51,915 nt of DNA from Verrucomicrobiota bacterium (GTDB lineage: Bacteria > Verrucomicrobiota > Verrucomicrobiia > Verrucomicrobiales > Verrucomicrobiaceae). A program made the position numbers and the translations under genes. The DNA lies in the NCBI GenBank assembly GCA_031400955.1, contig JANNQW010000167.1, forward strand, positions 1 to 51,915. The letters are read 5' to 3'. The notes under the pieces were generated by a model. It made no database searches, had not been told where the DNA came from, and saw nothing but the letters and a program-made list of their open reading frames with translations. This document shows positions 9,083 through 18,157 of the stretch, one piece after another (position 1 is the first letter of the stretch; the number at the start of each line of letters is the position of its first letter).

Positions 9083-11650
9083 ATGATGGCCTTGCTAACA
9101 CCACAACTCCGCGCAATTACTGCCCGCGTGCTCCCCGCCGCGGCACTCTGTGTTTTCACCGCAGCCTCCAGCTTCGCCCAGTCCGGAAATTCGGGCATCG
9201 CCAAGGCCGCCGGCAAGTCTGATATTCTCACTTCAATCACAGAGAATGTGAACATCACGGGACTGGAAACCCAGTTTGATCCTGACACCGGCGTTGCCAG
9301 CGCGGTTGGTGAAGTGCGTATCAATTACGGCGGTGTCGAAATCATCGCAGGCCGCGCGGAATACAATTCCAACACCAAGGACGTCATCGCCCGCGAGGAC
9401 GTTACAGTGCTCAAGGACGGCCAGGTCTTTCGCGGCGAAAATGTAACCTACAACTTCGAAACTCAGGAGCTCAGGGCCAACGACCTGCGCAGCGGCCTCC
9501 CCCCCATCTTCTACAAGACTGCCGACCTCAAGGCCAACCTCTCCGACAAGGATGAAGAAACCGGTCAGCTTCGCCGCATCGACGGAGCCCAGACCTACTT
9601 CACGACGCACGACAGCAACAACCCGAATTACCACCTCACCTCCAAGTCGCTCACCATCTACCCCGGTGACCGCGTGGTAATGCACAATGTGAAAATCTAC
9701 GCAGGCAAGACCCCCATCTTCTGGATGCCAGTTTACGTCCAACCGCTCGACAACGAGCTGGGCTACTACTTCCGCCCGGGCTACACGAGCCAGTGGGGCG
9801 CCTTCCTCCTGAATCAATACGGCGTGATGTATGGCGACCATACCCTGGCTACTTACCGCCTCGACCTGCGCAGCATGCGCGGCGTGGCTGGTGGACTCGA
9901 CCTCAAATCCTTGCGCTTCCGCGACAATAAATATTTTGGCAAACTACTCTTCTACTACGCCTACGACACCGATCCCGGCATTGGCTTCGGCGACCATGAT
10001 CGCGGCCCCTTCACTCCGGAAGAGAACCGTTATCGCATCACTTTCCAGCACCGGATCTACATACCAGGCCCCAGTGAAAGCACATGGTATCTCGACTTCG
10101 ACATCACCAAGCTTAGCGATCAATTCATGCTGGAGGACTATTACCTCAACGAATTCCGCAACAATCCCCGGCCCGACAACACTATCGCGCTCGTGAAGCG
10201 CGACGATCGCTTCACCGCCACGCTCTGGACGCGTTTCCAGCTCAATGACTTCGATCACACCGACCAGCGGCTTCCGGAACTCGCTTTCGACTTCACCCGC
10301 CAGCGTCTGGGGAACACTAACATCTACTACCAAGGCGAAACATCCGTCGGCCTCTACCGCGAGAAACTCTCAGGCTACGAAGCCTCCGTTCTGCGGGACA
10401 AGGTCAGCACCCAGCAGGCCAACCTCGCAGGTTTCGACAAGAGTTTCACCTCCACGACTCTCGGCACCACCAAGCCGGTCTTCGACCCGAACGGCAACCT
10501 GATCACCCAGGCCACCGGCGTGAACCAGCTCTCCGGCTCGACGCTCACCTCGAACAGCAGCGACTTCTACCGCGCCACACCACGCATCCTGACCACCCGA
10601 GATGAAGTGCAGAACGACATCACGGCACTACAGTCTGAACTTTCAGAGAACAAGTTCATCCGCTTCCACACCTACAACGAATTCCTCTACCCGATGAGTT
10701 TCGGCGAGGGCGGCTGGCTCACCTTCGTGCCGCGTATCGGAGGCGGGGTATCCTCTTACTCGGACGTCTCAGGCGGCGCACCCGGCGTCAGCAGCGGAAC
10801 AAAAGGCATCTTCGCTGCCGGTTTCGACCTTGCCGCCCGCTTCAGCCGCACTTGGAAAGACGTGCACAGCAGCACCTTCGGCCTCGACGGACTGCGCCAC
10901 GTGTTCCAGCCCTACATCAATTATTCCTACCTCAACGCCGACACCATTCAGGGCCTCCCAACCATTGACCGGCTGTCCCCATCCACCCGGCCCAGACCCA
11001 TTGATGTGCCGCTCTTCACCGCCGTGGACAGCCTTGATAGCTGGAACATCGCCCGCGTCGGCATGCGCAACACTATTCAAACCCAACGCGACGGCCTCGC
11101 CTACAACTGGATGGGCCTGAACACCTATGCCGATATCTTTTTCAAGGATCCTGAATTCGACCGCAGCGTTTCAAACCTCTACAACGACTTCTTCTGGCGT
11201 CCCGTTCCCTGGCTTCAATTCACCACGGATGTCCAGCTTCCCATCGGAGACAGCGACTTCAACTTCACTGAAGTCAACACAGGGCTCACCTGGATGCCCG
11301 TCAAGAATTTCTCATGGCACTTGGGTCACGCCTACTTCCAGGGCAACCCCATCTTTGTGGACAGCAACTTGTTAAACTCCCGCATCTACGCGCGCCTGAG
11401 TGAAAACTGGGGCTTCTCCATGAATCACATTTACGAAGCGGCGGACCACACGCTCGAATACCAGAGCTACAGCGTCCATCGCGACCTCAGCAGCTGGATC
11501 CTTTCCCTCGGCGGATTGATCCGCCAGAATCGCGGCGCCAACAGCGCCAGCGACTTTGGTCTGGTCTTCACAATGACCCTCAAGGATTTCCCCCAGGCCA
11601 GTCTGCCGCTCGATCTGGACCCAAATCCAACCGGTCAGGGTGCGCGATAA
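9083..11650 (+). CDS. lptD: LPS-assembly outer-membrane protein LptD (OstA family)
   Basis: Signal peptide, then an OstA-like N-terminal beta-jellyroll (VGEVRINYGGVEIIAGRAEYNSNTKDVIAREDVTVLKDGQVFRGENVTYNFETQEL), then a ~600-aa aromatic-rich beta-barrel region. Confidence 0.8.
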   Translation: MMALLTPQLRAITARVLPAAALCVFTAASSFAQSGNSGIAKAAGKSDILTSITENVNITGLETQFDPDTGVASAVGEVRINYGGVEIIAGRAEYNSNTKDVIAREDVTVLKDGQVFRGENVTYNFETQELRANDLRSGLPPIFYKTADLKANLSDKDEETGQLRRIDGAQTYFTTHDSNNPNYHLTSKSLTIYPGDRVVMHNVKIYAGKTPIFWMPVYVQPLDNELGYYFRPGYTSQWGAFLLNQYGVMYGDHTLATYRLDLRSMRGVAGGLDLKSLRFRDNKYFGKLLFYYAYDTDPGIGFGDHDRGPFTPEENRYRITFQHRIYIPGPSESTWYLDFDITKLSDQFMLEDYYLNEFRNNPRPDNTIALVKRDDRFTATLWTRFQLNDFDHTDQRLPELAFDFTRQRLGNTNIYYQGETSVGLYREKLSGYEASVLRDKVSTQQANLAGFDKSFTSTTLGTTKPVFDPNGNLITQATGVNQLSGSTLTSNSSDFYRATPRILTTRDEVQNDITALQSELSENKFIRFHTYNEFLYPMSFGEGGWLTFVPRIGGGVSSYSDVSGGAPGVSSGTKGIFAAGFDLAARFSRTWKDVHSSTFGLDGLRHVFQPYINYSYLNADTIQGLPTIDRLSPSTRPRPIDVPLFTAVDSLDSWNIARVGMRNTIQTQRDGLAYNWMGLNTYADIFFKDPEFDRSVSNLYNDFFWRPVPWLQFTTDVQLPIGDSDFNFTEVNTGLTWMPVKNFSWHLGHAYFQGNPIFVDSNLLNSRIYARLSENWGFSMNHIYEAADHTLEYQSYSVHRDLSSWILSLGGLIRQNRGANSASDFGLVFTMTLKDFPQASLPLDLDPNPTGQGAR

Positions 11651-11672
11651 TTTCGAGGCTTGATCTAATTTC

Positions 11673-11708
11673 AAACCCGGTTCCACCTGATGGACACCGG
11701 GTTTTTTA
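11673..11708 (+). terminator. Rho-independent terminator downstream of lptD
   Basis: aaacccggttcca-cctga-tggacaccgggtttttt: a GC-rich bulged hairpin followed by a T6 run, 25 nt after the stop codon. Confidence 0.7.
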
Positions 11709-11945
11709 TTGAACTGAAAATGACGCAGCCCTGCGGCCTGAGCACCTGATGCGGCACAGCGAGTCTCTGCAGGGCGGAACCTCGCACAATGCGGTTATTG
11801 AGTCTCATGCAATGGGACGACAAAAGCGTTGGGGGCTGCCAGCCCCATGACTCGGGCCAAGCTAGCCCCGACACCCATGATGCTGCCGTCTGTCATCCAA
11901 TTACGCTGGTCTCATACCACTTGGAAGCAAGGTTCAGCAAAACAG

Positions 11946-12022
11946 AATGTGGGAGGGGCATCCCTGCCCCTGCAAGGAATGCTTTATATCCAAGGAGCAA
12001 GGATGCCTCCTCCACATTTTTT
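11946..12022 (+). terminator. Long hairpin plus T-run in a 575-nt non-coding gap (orphan terminator or 3' end of a small RNA?)
   Basis: The 18-nt arms aatgtgggaggggcatcc (11946-11963) and ggatgcctcctccacatt (12001-12018) pair with one true mismatch and two G-U pairs, and a run of six T overlaps the last two stem bases. No credible CDS lies upstream. Confidence 0.35.
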
Positions 12023-12285
12023 CATGCTCTTTGTAACGCTGTTTTATAACGGCAAATGGTATCAATAATGTGGCGAGTCTTTGCGAGCGAACACCAGGCC
12101 GCCGGGTCCCGCCGCTCTGGGCGGGTGGCGACTGCTTCACACTACTCCGCATTGTGTGGGGGCTACCGCATGGCGGGCGTGGAACCGTGAGGCTTTGCCA
12201 AACGCTATCATTTTCTGCGACGGGCAAGCTGTTATTTTGTCAAGTTTTTGCACCCTGACCCCACCCTGACCCGCTTTCCATGATT

Positions 12286-13692
12286 TTATGCCGAAGATCC
12301 CCCGCGGGCAGCGGCAAGCAGCGGAAACCAGAGCAACAGGGGCTCGAACTTGGGGAGGCTTGTAAGCGAAGTGAGGGTCTGGCCGTCGAAGATGAGCCCC
12401 ACGCATCCGAAGATCAGCAGCACCAACCAGGTGGGCTCGCCATCTCGCGCGACCCGGATGGCGCGACCAAATCCAATGACAACGGCGCCCAGCAGAATCA
12501 ACGCTCCAATGATACCCCCGTGCGTGAGCGTCGCAATGAACGTGCTGTGGAGGTGTTCCGGACTCCAACCAATCTGACCGGTCCAAACTTCGTCGCTTCC
12601 CCATTGTCCCAGTCCCACGAGAAGATCCGGAAGCGTTTTCAAGGAATGCATCGCCGCTGCGTATATCACCAATCGTCCGCTGTCTTTCCTGCCCAGCATC
12701 TCCGATATTGGATTCTCGGCCAGCATCTCGCCCCCAACTTCGATGGGCGTGCTCTGCACGCCAGCAGCAAGCATCCGGGATTTCTTCTGAATTAACGCCA
12801 AATCCGCCACAGCGGGCCCGCTGATCTGGAAAAGAAATACTAAAGCGGCGAAGATCATGCAGGGCACCCAGGACCGTCGGATACCAATCGTCCCGACGAG
12901 AGCCAGATGCCCGCAGATCAGAGCGAGAATGCCACCGCGGCTTCGGGTGAACAGCACGGCGAGCAGAAGCACGACCAATGCAAGCGTGATCCAGCACTTT
13001 GATCTCGGGTCCGTTGCACGTTCCCTGAGGCACGCGAGCCACATGGCTGCGAATCCGAATGTCAAGCCGGTGCAGACGGGGTTGAGACCTCCATAGACCA
13101 GACAGTTCATCAGGCGCTCTCCGATGCCGTGCCCCGGAAGCACAAAGTAGAAAAGGATTCCACTCAACACTGCGGCAAACGCCCCGGCCGCCCCGACCCA
13201 GAGTCCGCAATTCGCGAGTCTCCGTGGCTCCGAGCCCGCGAACCACACTAGGCCACCGAATCCGGCCAAGCCGAGCCCACCCAGGAGCCATCCCGCCTGT
13301 TCCGAATAATCCTGATCGTTGACGATGGGGCCCGCCAACAGCGAACGCGCAGTCATCCATACAAGAAAATGCGCGCTGAACCGGAGCAGCTTGTCCGATT
13401 GAATACCGAAGGCTATTGTCCTCCCGGCGCCCCGGGCCATAGCGATGACAAAGGCAATGCCGAGGCATGGAATATGCCACCAGTTGTTGAACATCACGAA
13501 GTAGCCCGCGACAAAGACCGTGAGGGCGATTCTAACAACTGCGGCGGCCCGATCGCTCGTCTCATCCGTCGCCTTTCGCCAGAGCGCGCAGGAAACGAAT
13601 TCGCCAGCGGTCGCAGCGGTTGCTTCCAGCGGTGACTCCATCCTCAAACTCTTCCCGATCTTGGAGGTCCGGGACAGCAACATTATTGTCAC
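12286..13692 (-). CDS. O-antigen ligase/polymerase-family (Wzy_C domain) polytopic membrane protein
   Basis: At least 10 hydrophobic segments. LFTRSRGGILALICG and PEHLHSTFIATLTHGGIIGALILL resemble the conserved Wzy_C loop/HxH region. The overlapping ORF 12137-13480 is a frame shadow. Confidence 0.65.
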   Translation of the reverse strand: MTIMLLSRTSKIGKSLRMESPLEATAATAGEFVSCALWRKATDETSDRAAAVVRIALTVFVAGYFVMFNNWWHIPCLGIAFVIAMARGAGRTIAFGIQSDKLLRFSAHFLVWMTARSLLAGPIVNDQDYSEQAGWLLGGLGLAGFGGLVWFAGSEPRRLANCGLWVGAAGAFAAVLSGILFYFVLPGHGIGERLMNCLVYGGLNPVCTGLTFGFAAMWLACLRERATDPRSKCWITLALVVLLLAVLFTRSRGGILALICGHLALVGTIGIRRSWVPCMIFAALVFLFQISGPAVADLALIQKKSRMLAAGVQSTPIEVGGEMLAENPISEMLGRKDSGRLVIYAAAMHSLKTLPDLLVGLGQWGSDEVWTGQIGWSPEHLHSTFIATLTHGGIIGALILLGAVVIGFGRAIRVARDGEPTWLVLLIFGCVGLIFDGQTLTSLTSLPKFEPLLLWFPLLAAARGGSSA

Positions 13693-14049
13693 CGAATTTC
13701 CGAATCAAGCACGGTAACTCCGCGCGGAAGCCCATGGAACTCAGCTCTCCAATTCCGAGAAAACGGGGTCAGTGCCATTCGAGTCAGGGTGCAAATAATT
13801 AACAATTTCATGGTGCGCTTGCCCGGATTCATTCGATTTCATCGATGAAAACACGCATGACCTCAAGCAGTCTCCCTCTGGCTTTTTTCTTGTCAAGACG
13901 CGCAGTTGCTGGCTCACATTTGCGGTGCTTCCCGCCACGCATCCAGCCACGACGGCTGAGTTGATTTACCACAAGCTCTTACCACTTGAGTATCGCCGGA
14001 GTCTCCGCTTTACTTCCAATCCCAATCCCCGAATCCCTATTTTTATTTC

Positions 14050-15369
14050 ATGAAGCTCACCATCATCGGTTCAGGCTATGTCGGACTCACCACGGGCGCG
14101 TGCTTTGCCGAGATCGGCCACCACGTCATGTGCGTGGACAACAACCAGAAAAAAATCGACAGCCTGCTCGCCGGGAAGATTCCCATTTATGAGCCGGGCC
14201 TGGAGCCCATCGTGCGCAAGAATGTCGTCTCCAAGCGCCTCCAGTTCACCACCAGCACCAGCGAAGGCGTGGACCACGGCGAAGTCATTTTCATCGCCGT
14301 CCCCACCCCGCCCCAGGACGACGGCAGCGTCGATCTGAGCTTCATCGAAAAAGTCGCCAGAGAAATCGCCGTCTGCCTCGACAGCTACCGCGTCATCGTG
14401 GACAAAAGCACCGTGCCTGTCAAAACAGGCGAACGCGTCTCCCAGACCATCCGCCGCTACGCCAAACCGGGTGTCGAATTCGATGTCGTGAGCAATCCCG
14501 AATTTCTTCGCGAAGGCAGCGCTGTGGATGACCTTATGCACCCCGACCGCATCGTCATCGGCGGCAACAGCGACCGCGCCCTGGCCGTGATGCAAAAAGT
14601 CTACGAACCATTCGTGGCTCCAGTGCTCATCACCGACATCAACAGCGCCGAACTCATCAAGCACGCCGCCAACAGCTTCCTCGCGCTCAAAATTTCTTAC
14701 ATCAACGCCATCTCGGAACTCTGCGAGATCGCAGGAGCTGATGTCGAAAAAGTCGCAGAAGGCATCGGCATGGACAAACGCATCGGCCGCAGCTTCCTCA
14801 ACGCCGGACTCGGCTACGGCGGCTCGTGCTTCCCCAAGGACATTGCCGCCTTCATCGCCATCGCCGACCAGTTCGGCAGGCCTTTCCATCTGCTGAAGGA
14901 AGTGCAGAACATCAATAACCGCCAGTTCACCCGCTTTCTCGATTCCATTCGTGAGGCGTTGTGGCTCTTTAAGGAGAAAAAGATCGCCGTCTGGGGCCTC
15001 AGCTTCAAACCCAATACGGATGATGTGCGTTCCAGCGTCGCGGTGAACATCGTGGAAGCGCTCGTCAAAGATGGCGCGAACGTCACCGTCTATGACCCCA
15101 AGGCCATGGAAAAATTCAAGGAACTCCCCCTGGCCGCCAGCGTCAAACTTGCCGAGTCACCCCTCGAAGCCGCGCGTGGCGCGGAAGCCCTCATCATCGC
15201 CACCGAGTGGCCGGAGTTTGCCGCCATCGATCTCACCGAACTCCGCGATGCCATGCACACCCCGCTCATTTTCGACGGACGCAATCTGCTCGATCCCAGC
15301 GCTGCGCTCGCCTACGGCTTCCAATATCGCGGCATCGGCCGGGGCACCTTGCCTGAGGCTATTTCTTAA
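14050..15369 (+). CDS. ugd: UDP-glucose 6-dehydrogenase
   Basis: MKLTIIGSGYVGLTTG Rossmann start, NPEFLREGSAV, catalytic GGSCFPKD and GLSFKPNTDDVR. Confidence 0.95.
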   Translation: MKLTIIGSGYVGLTTGACFAEIGHHVMCVDNNQKKIDSLLAGKIPIYEPGLEPIVRKNVVSKRLQFTTSTSEGVDHGEVIFIAVPTPPQDDGSVDLSFIEKVAREIAVCLDSYRVIVDKSTVPVKTGERVSQTIRRYAKPGVEFDVVSNPEFLREGSAVDDLMHPDRIVIGGNSDRALAVMQKVYEPFVAPVLITDINSAELIKHAANSFLALKISYINAISELCEIAGADVEKVAEGIGMDKRIGRSFLNAGLGYGGSCFPKDIAAFIAIADQFGRPFHLLKEVQNINNRQFTRFLDSIREALWLFKEKKIAVWGLSFKPNTDDVRSSVAVNIVEALVKDGANVTVYDPKAMEKFKELPLAASVKLAESPLEAARGAEALIIATEWPEFAAIDLTELRDAMHTPLIFDGRNLLDPSAALAYGFQYRGIGRGTLPEAIS

Positions 15370-15439
15370 GTGCCTCCTTTTTGCGCTTGGCAATTCCAGG
15401 GCAACCGCCAGAGTCTGACCGTCTCAAATCTTTACCATC

Positions 15440-16426
15440 ATGTCCATCATAGTCGGCGGTGCCCTTGGCTTTCTTACTTGGTTTCTCATCAGATCCCTGG
15501 CTTTGGGATTCTACACGGTGGACCAAAACGAACGCGCGGTGAAAACGCGCTTCGGACGAGCGGGACGCATGGGCGATCTCACCACACTGGAAGACCCAGT
15601 GTCGGAGATGCTGAGTGAAGATCAGAAGAAGCGCTACGCCTACCCGCAGATGCGCGTCATCATGCCGGGCGGACCTTATTTTAAATGGCCTTGGGAGCAA
15701 GTATTCAAGATTTCCATCGCCACCAGCACGGTGAACATGGCATGGGACCCCGAGGATCTCACGGCCAACAAGAACGGCACAATGCTCGACGCCGTGACGA
15801 AGGATCAACTAAACACGGGACTCACGGGTCAAATCCGCTTCCGCGTCTCTGATCGCAACCTCTATGCCTACATATTCGGCATTAAGAATCCGTATGCTCA
15901 CGTCATGGGCTACTTCGTCTCTGTGCTGCGTGAGCGCATCGCTAACTTCGAAGCGCCTCAGGCGGTCCAGAATTCAGATACCGCGATGGCACCGCCCGTC
16001 GCCACAGGCATTTCGATCAATGATCTGAGAAAAAACCTGCGCGATCTGAACGAACACATGGATCGCGAGTGCCAGTCCTCGGCCGGTCGCTACGGCGTGG
16101 TTTTGGATGCCACTCTCATCACGGGCATCGATCCACCGCTCGAAGTAGAATCCGCACTGGCCGCCATCAACACAGCCTACAACGAAGTCTCATCCGACAT
16201 CAGCCTGGCCCAGGCATCAGCGGACCAGAAGATCGTGCAATCCCGGCGCGCCGTGGAAATCGAAACGCTGAAGGCCGAGGCGGAAGTCGAGCCGCTGGTG
16301 AGCCTCGCTGCCCAGTTGCAGGATTTAAAATCACGCGGGCCCGAAGCGCTTCACGCCTACGGACGCAATGTTCGGTTGGGTCTGCTGGAGCGAGCGCAAC
16401 AAACTTTTATGGAGACAAAGCAATGA
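15440..16426 (+). CDS. SPFH/band-7 domain membrane protein
   Basis: N-terminal TM helix followed by FYTVDQNERAVKTRFGR… and a C-terminal coiled region, the typical stomatin/HflK/C-like layout. Confidence 0.8.
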   Translation: MSIIVGGALGFLTWFLIRSLALGFYTVDQNERAVKTRFGRAGRMGDLTTLEDPVSEMLSEDQKKRYAYPQMRVIMPGGPYFKWPWEQVFKISIATSTVNMAWDPEDLTANKNGTMLDAVTKDQLNTGLTGQIRFRVSDRNLYAYIFGIKNPYAHVMGYFVSVLRERIANFEAPQAVQNSDTAMAPPVATGISINDLRKNLRDLNEHMDRECQSSAGRYGVVLDATLITGIDPPLEVESALAAINTAYNEVSSDISLAQASADQKIVQSRRAVEIETLKAEAEVEPLVSLAAQLQDLKSRGPEALHAYGRNVRLGLLERAQQTFMETKQ

Positions 16427-17328
16427 TCTCTGATTTCACCATCGCATTTTTTGCCGCCCTCATCGGCAGTGTCATCGCCGTCCCGCTGCTCCTGACCATC
16501 GCCCGGCTCTTTGGCTTGTATGCGATCGTTCACGAGCGACGGGCCAATGTCTATGTGCTGTTCGGAAAGGTGCTGGCGACTCTCGATGAACCGGGCCTTC
16601 ACTTTCTTCTATTCAAGATCGGTCCTGCTGCCCTCATCGTAAACTGGCTGGGAAAATGCTATGTGGTCGATCTGCGACTCGATCAGGAATATCTCCGCAG
16701 CCAGGCCGTGAACTCGGAAGAAGGCGCACCCATGGGCATCGGAATCTGGCACGAGATGTTCGTCAGCGATCCCGTGGCGTTTCTCTTCAAGAACACGGAT
16801 CCGCGCGGATCACTCAGCGCGAACGTGAGCAACTCCACGGTGCGCTGCCTGAGCAATCTTCCCTTGAGCAACATGCTCATCAACCGGCATGCCATGAGCG
16901 ACACCGTGCGCGGCGAGGTCTCACCCAAGTCTCATGAATGGGGCTACAAGCTCGGCTCCGTTTACATTCGCAAGGTTCACTTCCGCGATGCCGGCATGAT
17001 CCGCCAGATCGAGAGCAAGGTCGTCAATCGTCTGCGCCAGGTAACTTCCGCCATCACCCAGGACGGAGTGAATCAGGTGAGCATCATCACCAGCACTGCC
17101 GAGCGCGAGGCGGCAATTGAGTTTGCCAAAGCTGCGGCCATCCGTCCGCAGATCGTCGGTGACGCTCTGCAGCGCATATCCGAGGACAAGGAGGTGGCAG
17201 AGGCCATGTTCGAGATACTGGAGACGCAGAAAATTCTCAAAAGCAGCGCGCACCTGACGCTGCTTTCCGAGAAAAGCGGGCTCATCGCTCAGATTCTTTC
17301 CGCCAAAAGCAACGCCACGCCAGCGTAA
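16423..17328 (+). CDS. SPFH/band-7 domain membrane protein (second paralogue)
   Basis: The ATG at 16423 overlaps the upstream stop (ATGA). TM helix MISDFTIAFFAALIGSVIAVPLLL, then YAIVHERRANVYVLFGKV and YIRKVHFRD. The 16069 start of the ORF track is an out-of-gene extension. Confidence 0.75.
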   Translation: MISDFTIAFFAALIGSVIAVPLLLTIARLFGLYAIVHERRANVYVLFGKVLATLDEPGLHFLLFKIGPAALIVNWLGKCYVVDLRLDQEYLRSQAVNSEEGAPMGIGIWHEMFVSDPVAFLFKNTDPRGSLSANVSNSTVRCLSNLPLSNMLINRHAMSDTVRGEVSPKSHEWGYKLGSVYIRKVHFRDAGMIRQIESKVVNRLRQVTSAITQDGVNQVSIITSTAEREAAIEFAKAAAIRPQIVGDALQRISEDKEVAEAMFEILETQKILKSSAHLTLLSEKSGLIAQILSAKSNATPA

Positions 17329-17505
17329 CGATTCGCGGACGAAACTGGAGATTGCGGCAGTGAAATGAGTCAGAGAAGTCAAACAAAGCACCAGATACTT
17401 GCACTTTCTTCATGAAAACAGGCACCTATCAAACTTTGCTTTGAAAGCACGAAGATACAAAGAAGCCGAAACGGACCGCCGTATTGACCAAATAGGCATC
17501 AGCCG

Positions 17506-17832
17506 TCAAATCTCACGAAGCCGCTTCAAGATCATCTGCGGGTCTTGTCGCAAATCGAGCAAGGTATGGATGACGATGCCTCGCGCCTCAACGGTGTAAA
17601 ACAAGCCATAACGGTTCTTTGGACCAAACAGGCGACGACGTATCCGTTGTGCGTAATGAACACGGGGGGCTATTTCGGGATGGTCGCGCAGGAGTTGCAG
17701 GCTCGCTTGCAGCGGTTTCTCCAGCACTGTGGAGATGAGGCCGTCGTCCTCGTTCAGTCTGTCAAAGAGCTGTCGGTGGATGTCCAGCAAGTCACGCTCG
17801 GCACCCGCCGTCCAGACAATCTCAAGAGGCAT
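17506..17832 (-). CDS. Type II toxin, ParE/RelE superfamily
   Basis: 108 aa. LEIVWTAGAERDLLDIHRQL…YGLFYTVEARGIVIHTLLDLRQDP matches the ParE-like plasmid-stabilisation toxin pattern. It overlaps the upstream antitoxin gene by 11 nt. Confidence 0.75.
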   Translation of the reverse strand: MPLEIVWTAGAERDLLDIHRQLFDRLNEDDGLISTVLEKPLQASLQLLRDHPEIAPRVHYAQRIRRRLFGPKNRYGLFYTVEARGIVIHTLLDLRQDPQMILKRLREI

Positions 17833-18046
17833 GGCGCTTGAAGACGCGGGCTTTCACCTCTTCCCATGTGGAAACTGCGGAGGGATCGGCATCGTAGGCC
17901 GCAAGGCGGCTGTCTAGCAGGGCCATGATCACCGGATCAACCTCAACCTCGTCAGTTCCATCTGCCACCAACAAAAGTTCCTCGGCAAGCTGCCGTTTCT
18001 CAGATGCTGGAAGCCGCTGAACTTCTGGAAGGAGTTCGAGGATCAT
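17822..18046 (-). CDS. Putative addiction-module antitoxin component
   Basis: Small acidic protein. MILELLPEVQRLPASEKRQLAEELLL…AYDADPSAVSTWEEVKARV resembles the 'putative addiction module component' family. The ATG at 18046 is preferred over the TTG at 18052. Confidence 0.7.
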   Translation of the reverse strand: MILELLPEVQRLPASEKRQLAEELLLVADGTDEVEVDPVIMALLDSRLAAYDADPSAVSTWEEVKARVFKRHAS

Positions 18047-18157
18047 GGGCAATGACTAGTCTATTGAAGGCGGCTTGGCAAGCCGCCAGTCGTGATGCGG
18101 GCACTCATACCCGTTCCGGATTTCCGCCCGCTCCCAAAATTTCTACTGTTGGCATGA

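Noticed and set aside
12137-13480. 447-aa minus-strand ORF overlapping the O-antigen-ligase-like gene in another frame
   Set aside because: The translation is Arg/Gly/Pro-rich with no TM pattern or motifs. The 12286-13692 frame gives a coherent polytopic membrane protein with Wzy_C-like motifs.
16069-16422. N-terminal 118-codon extension of the second SPFH ORF (the ORF track starts at 16069)
   Set aside because: It overlaps the 3' end of the first SPFH gene in another frame with an Arg/Gly-rich translation. The ATG at 16423, in an ATGA overlap followed by a TM helix, is the natural start.
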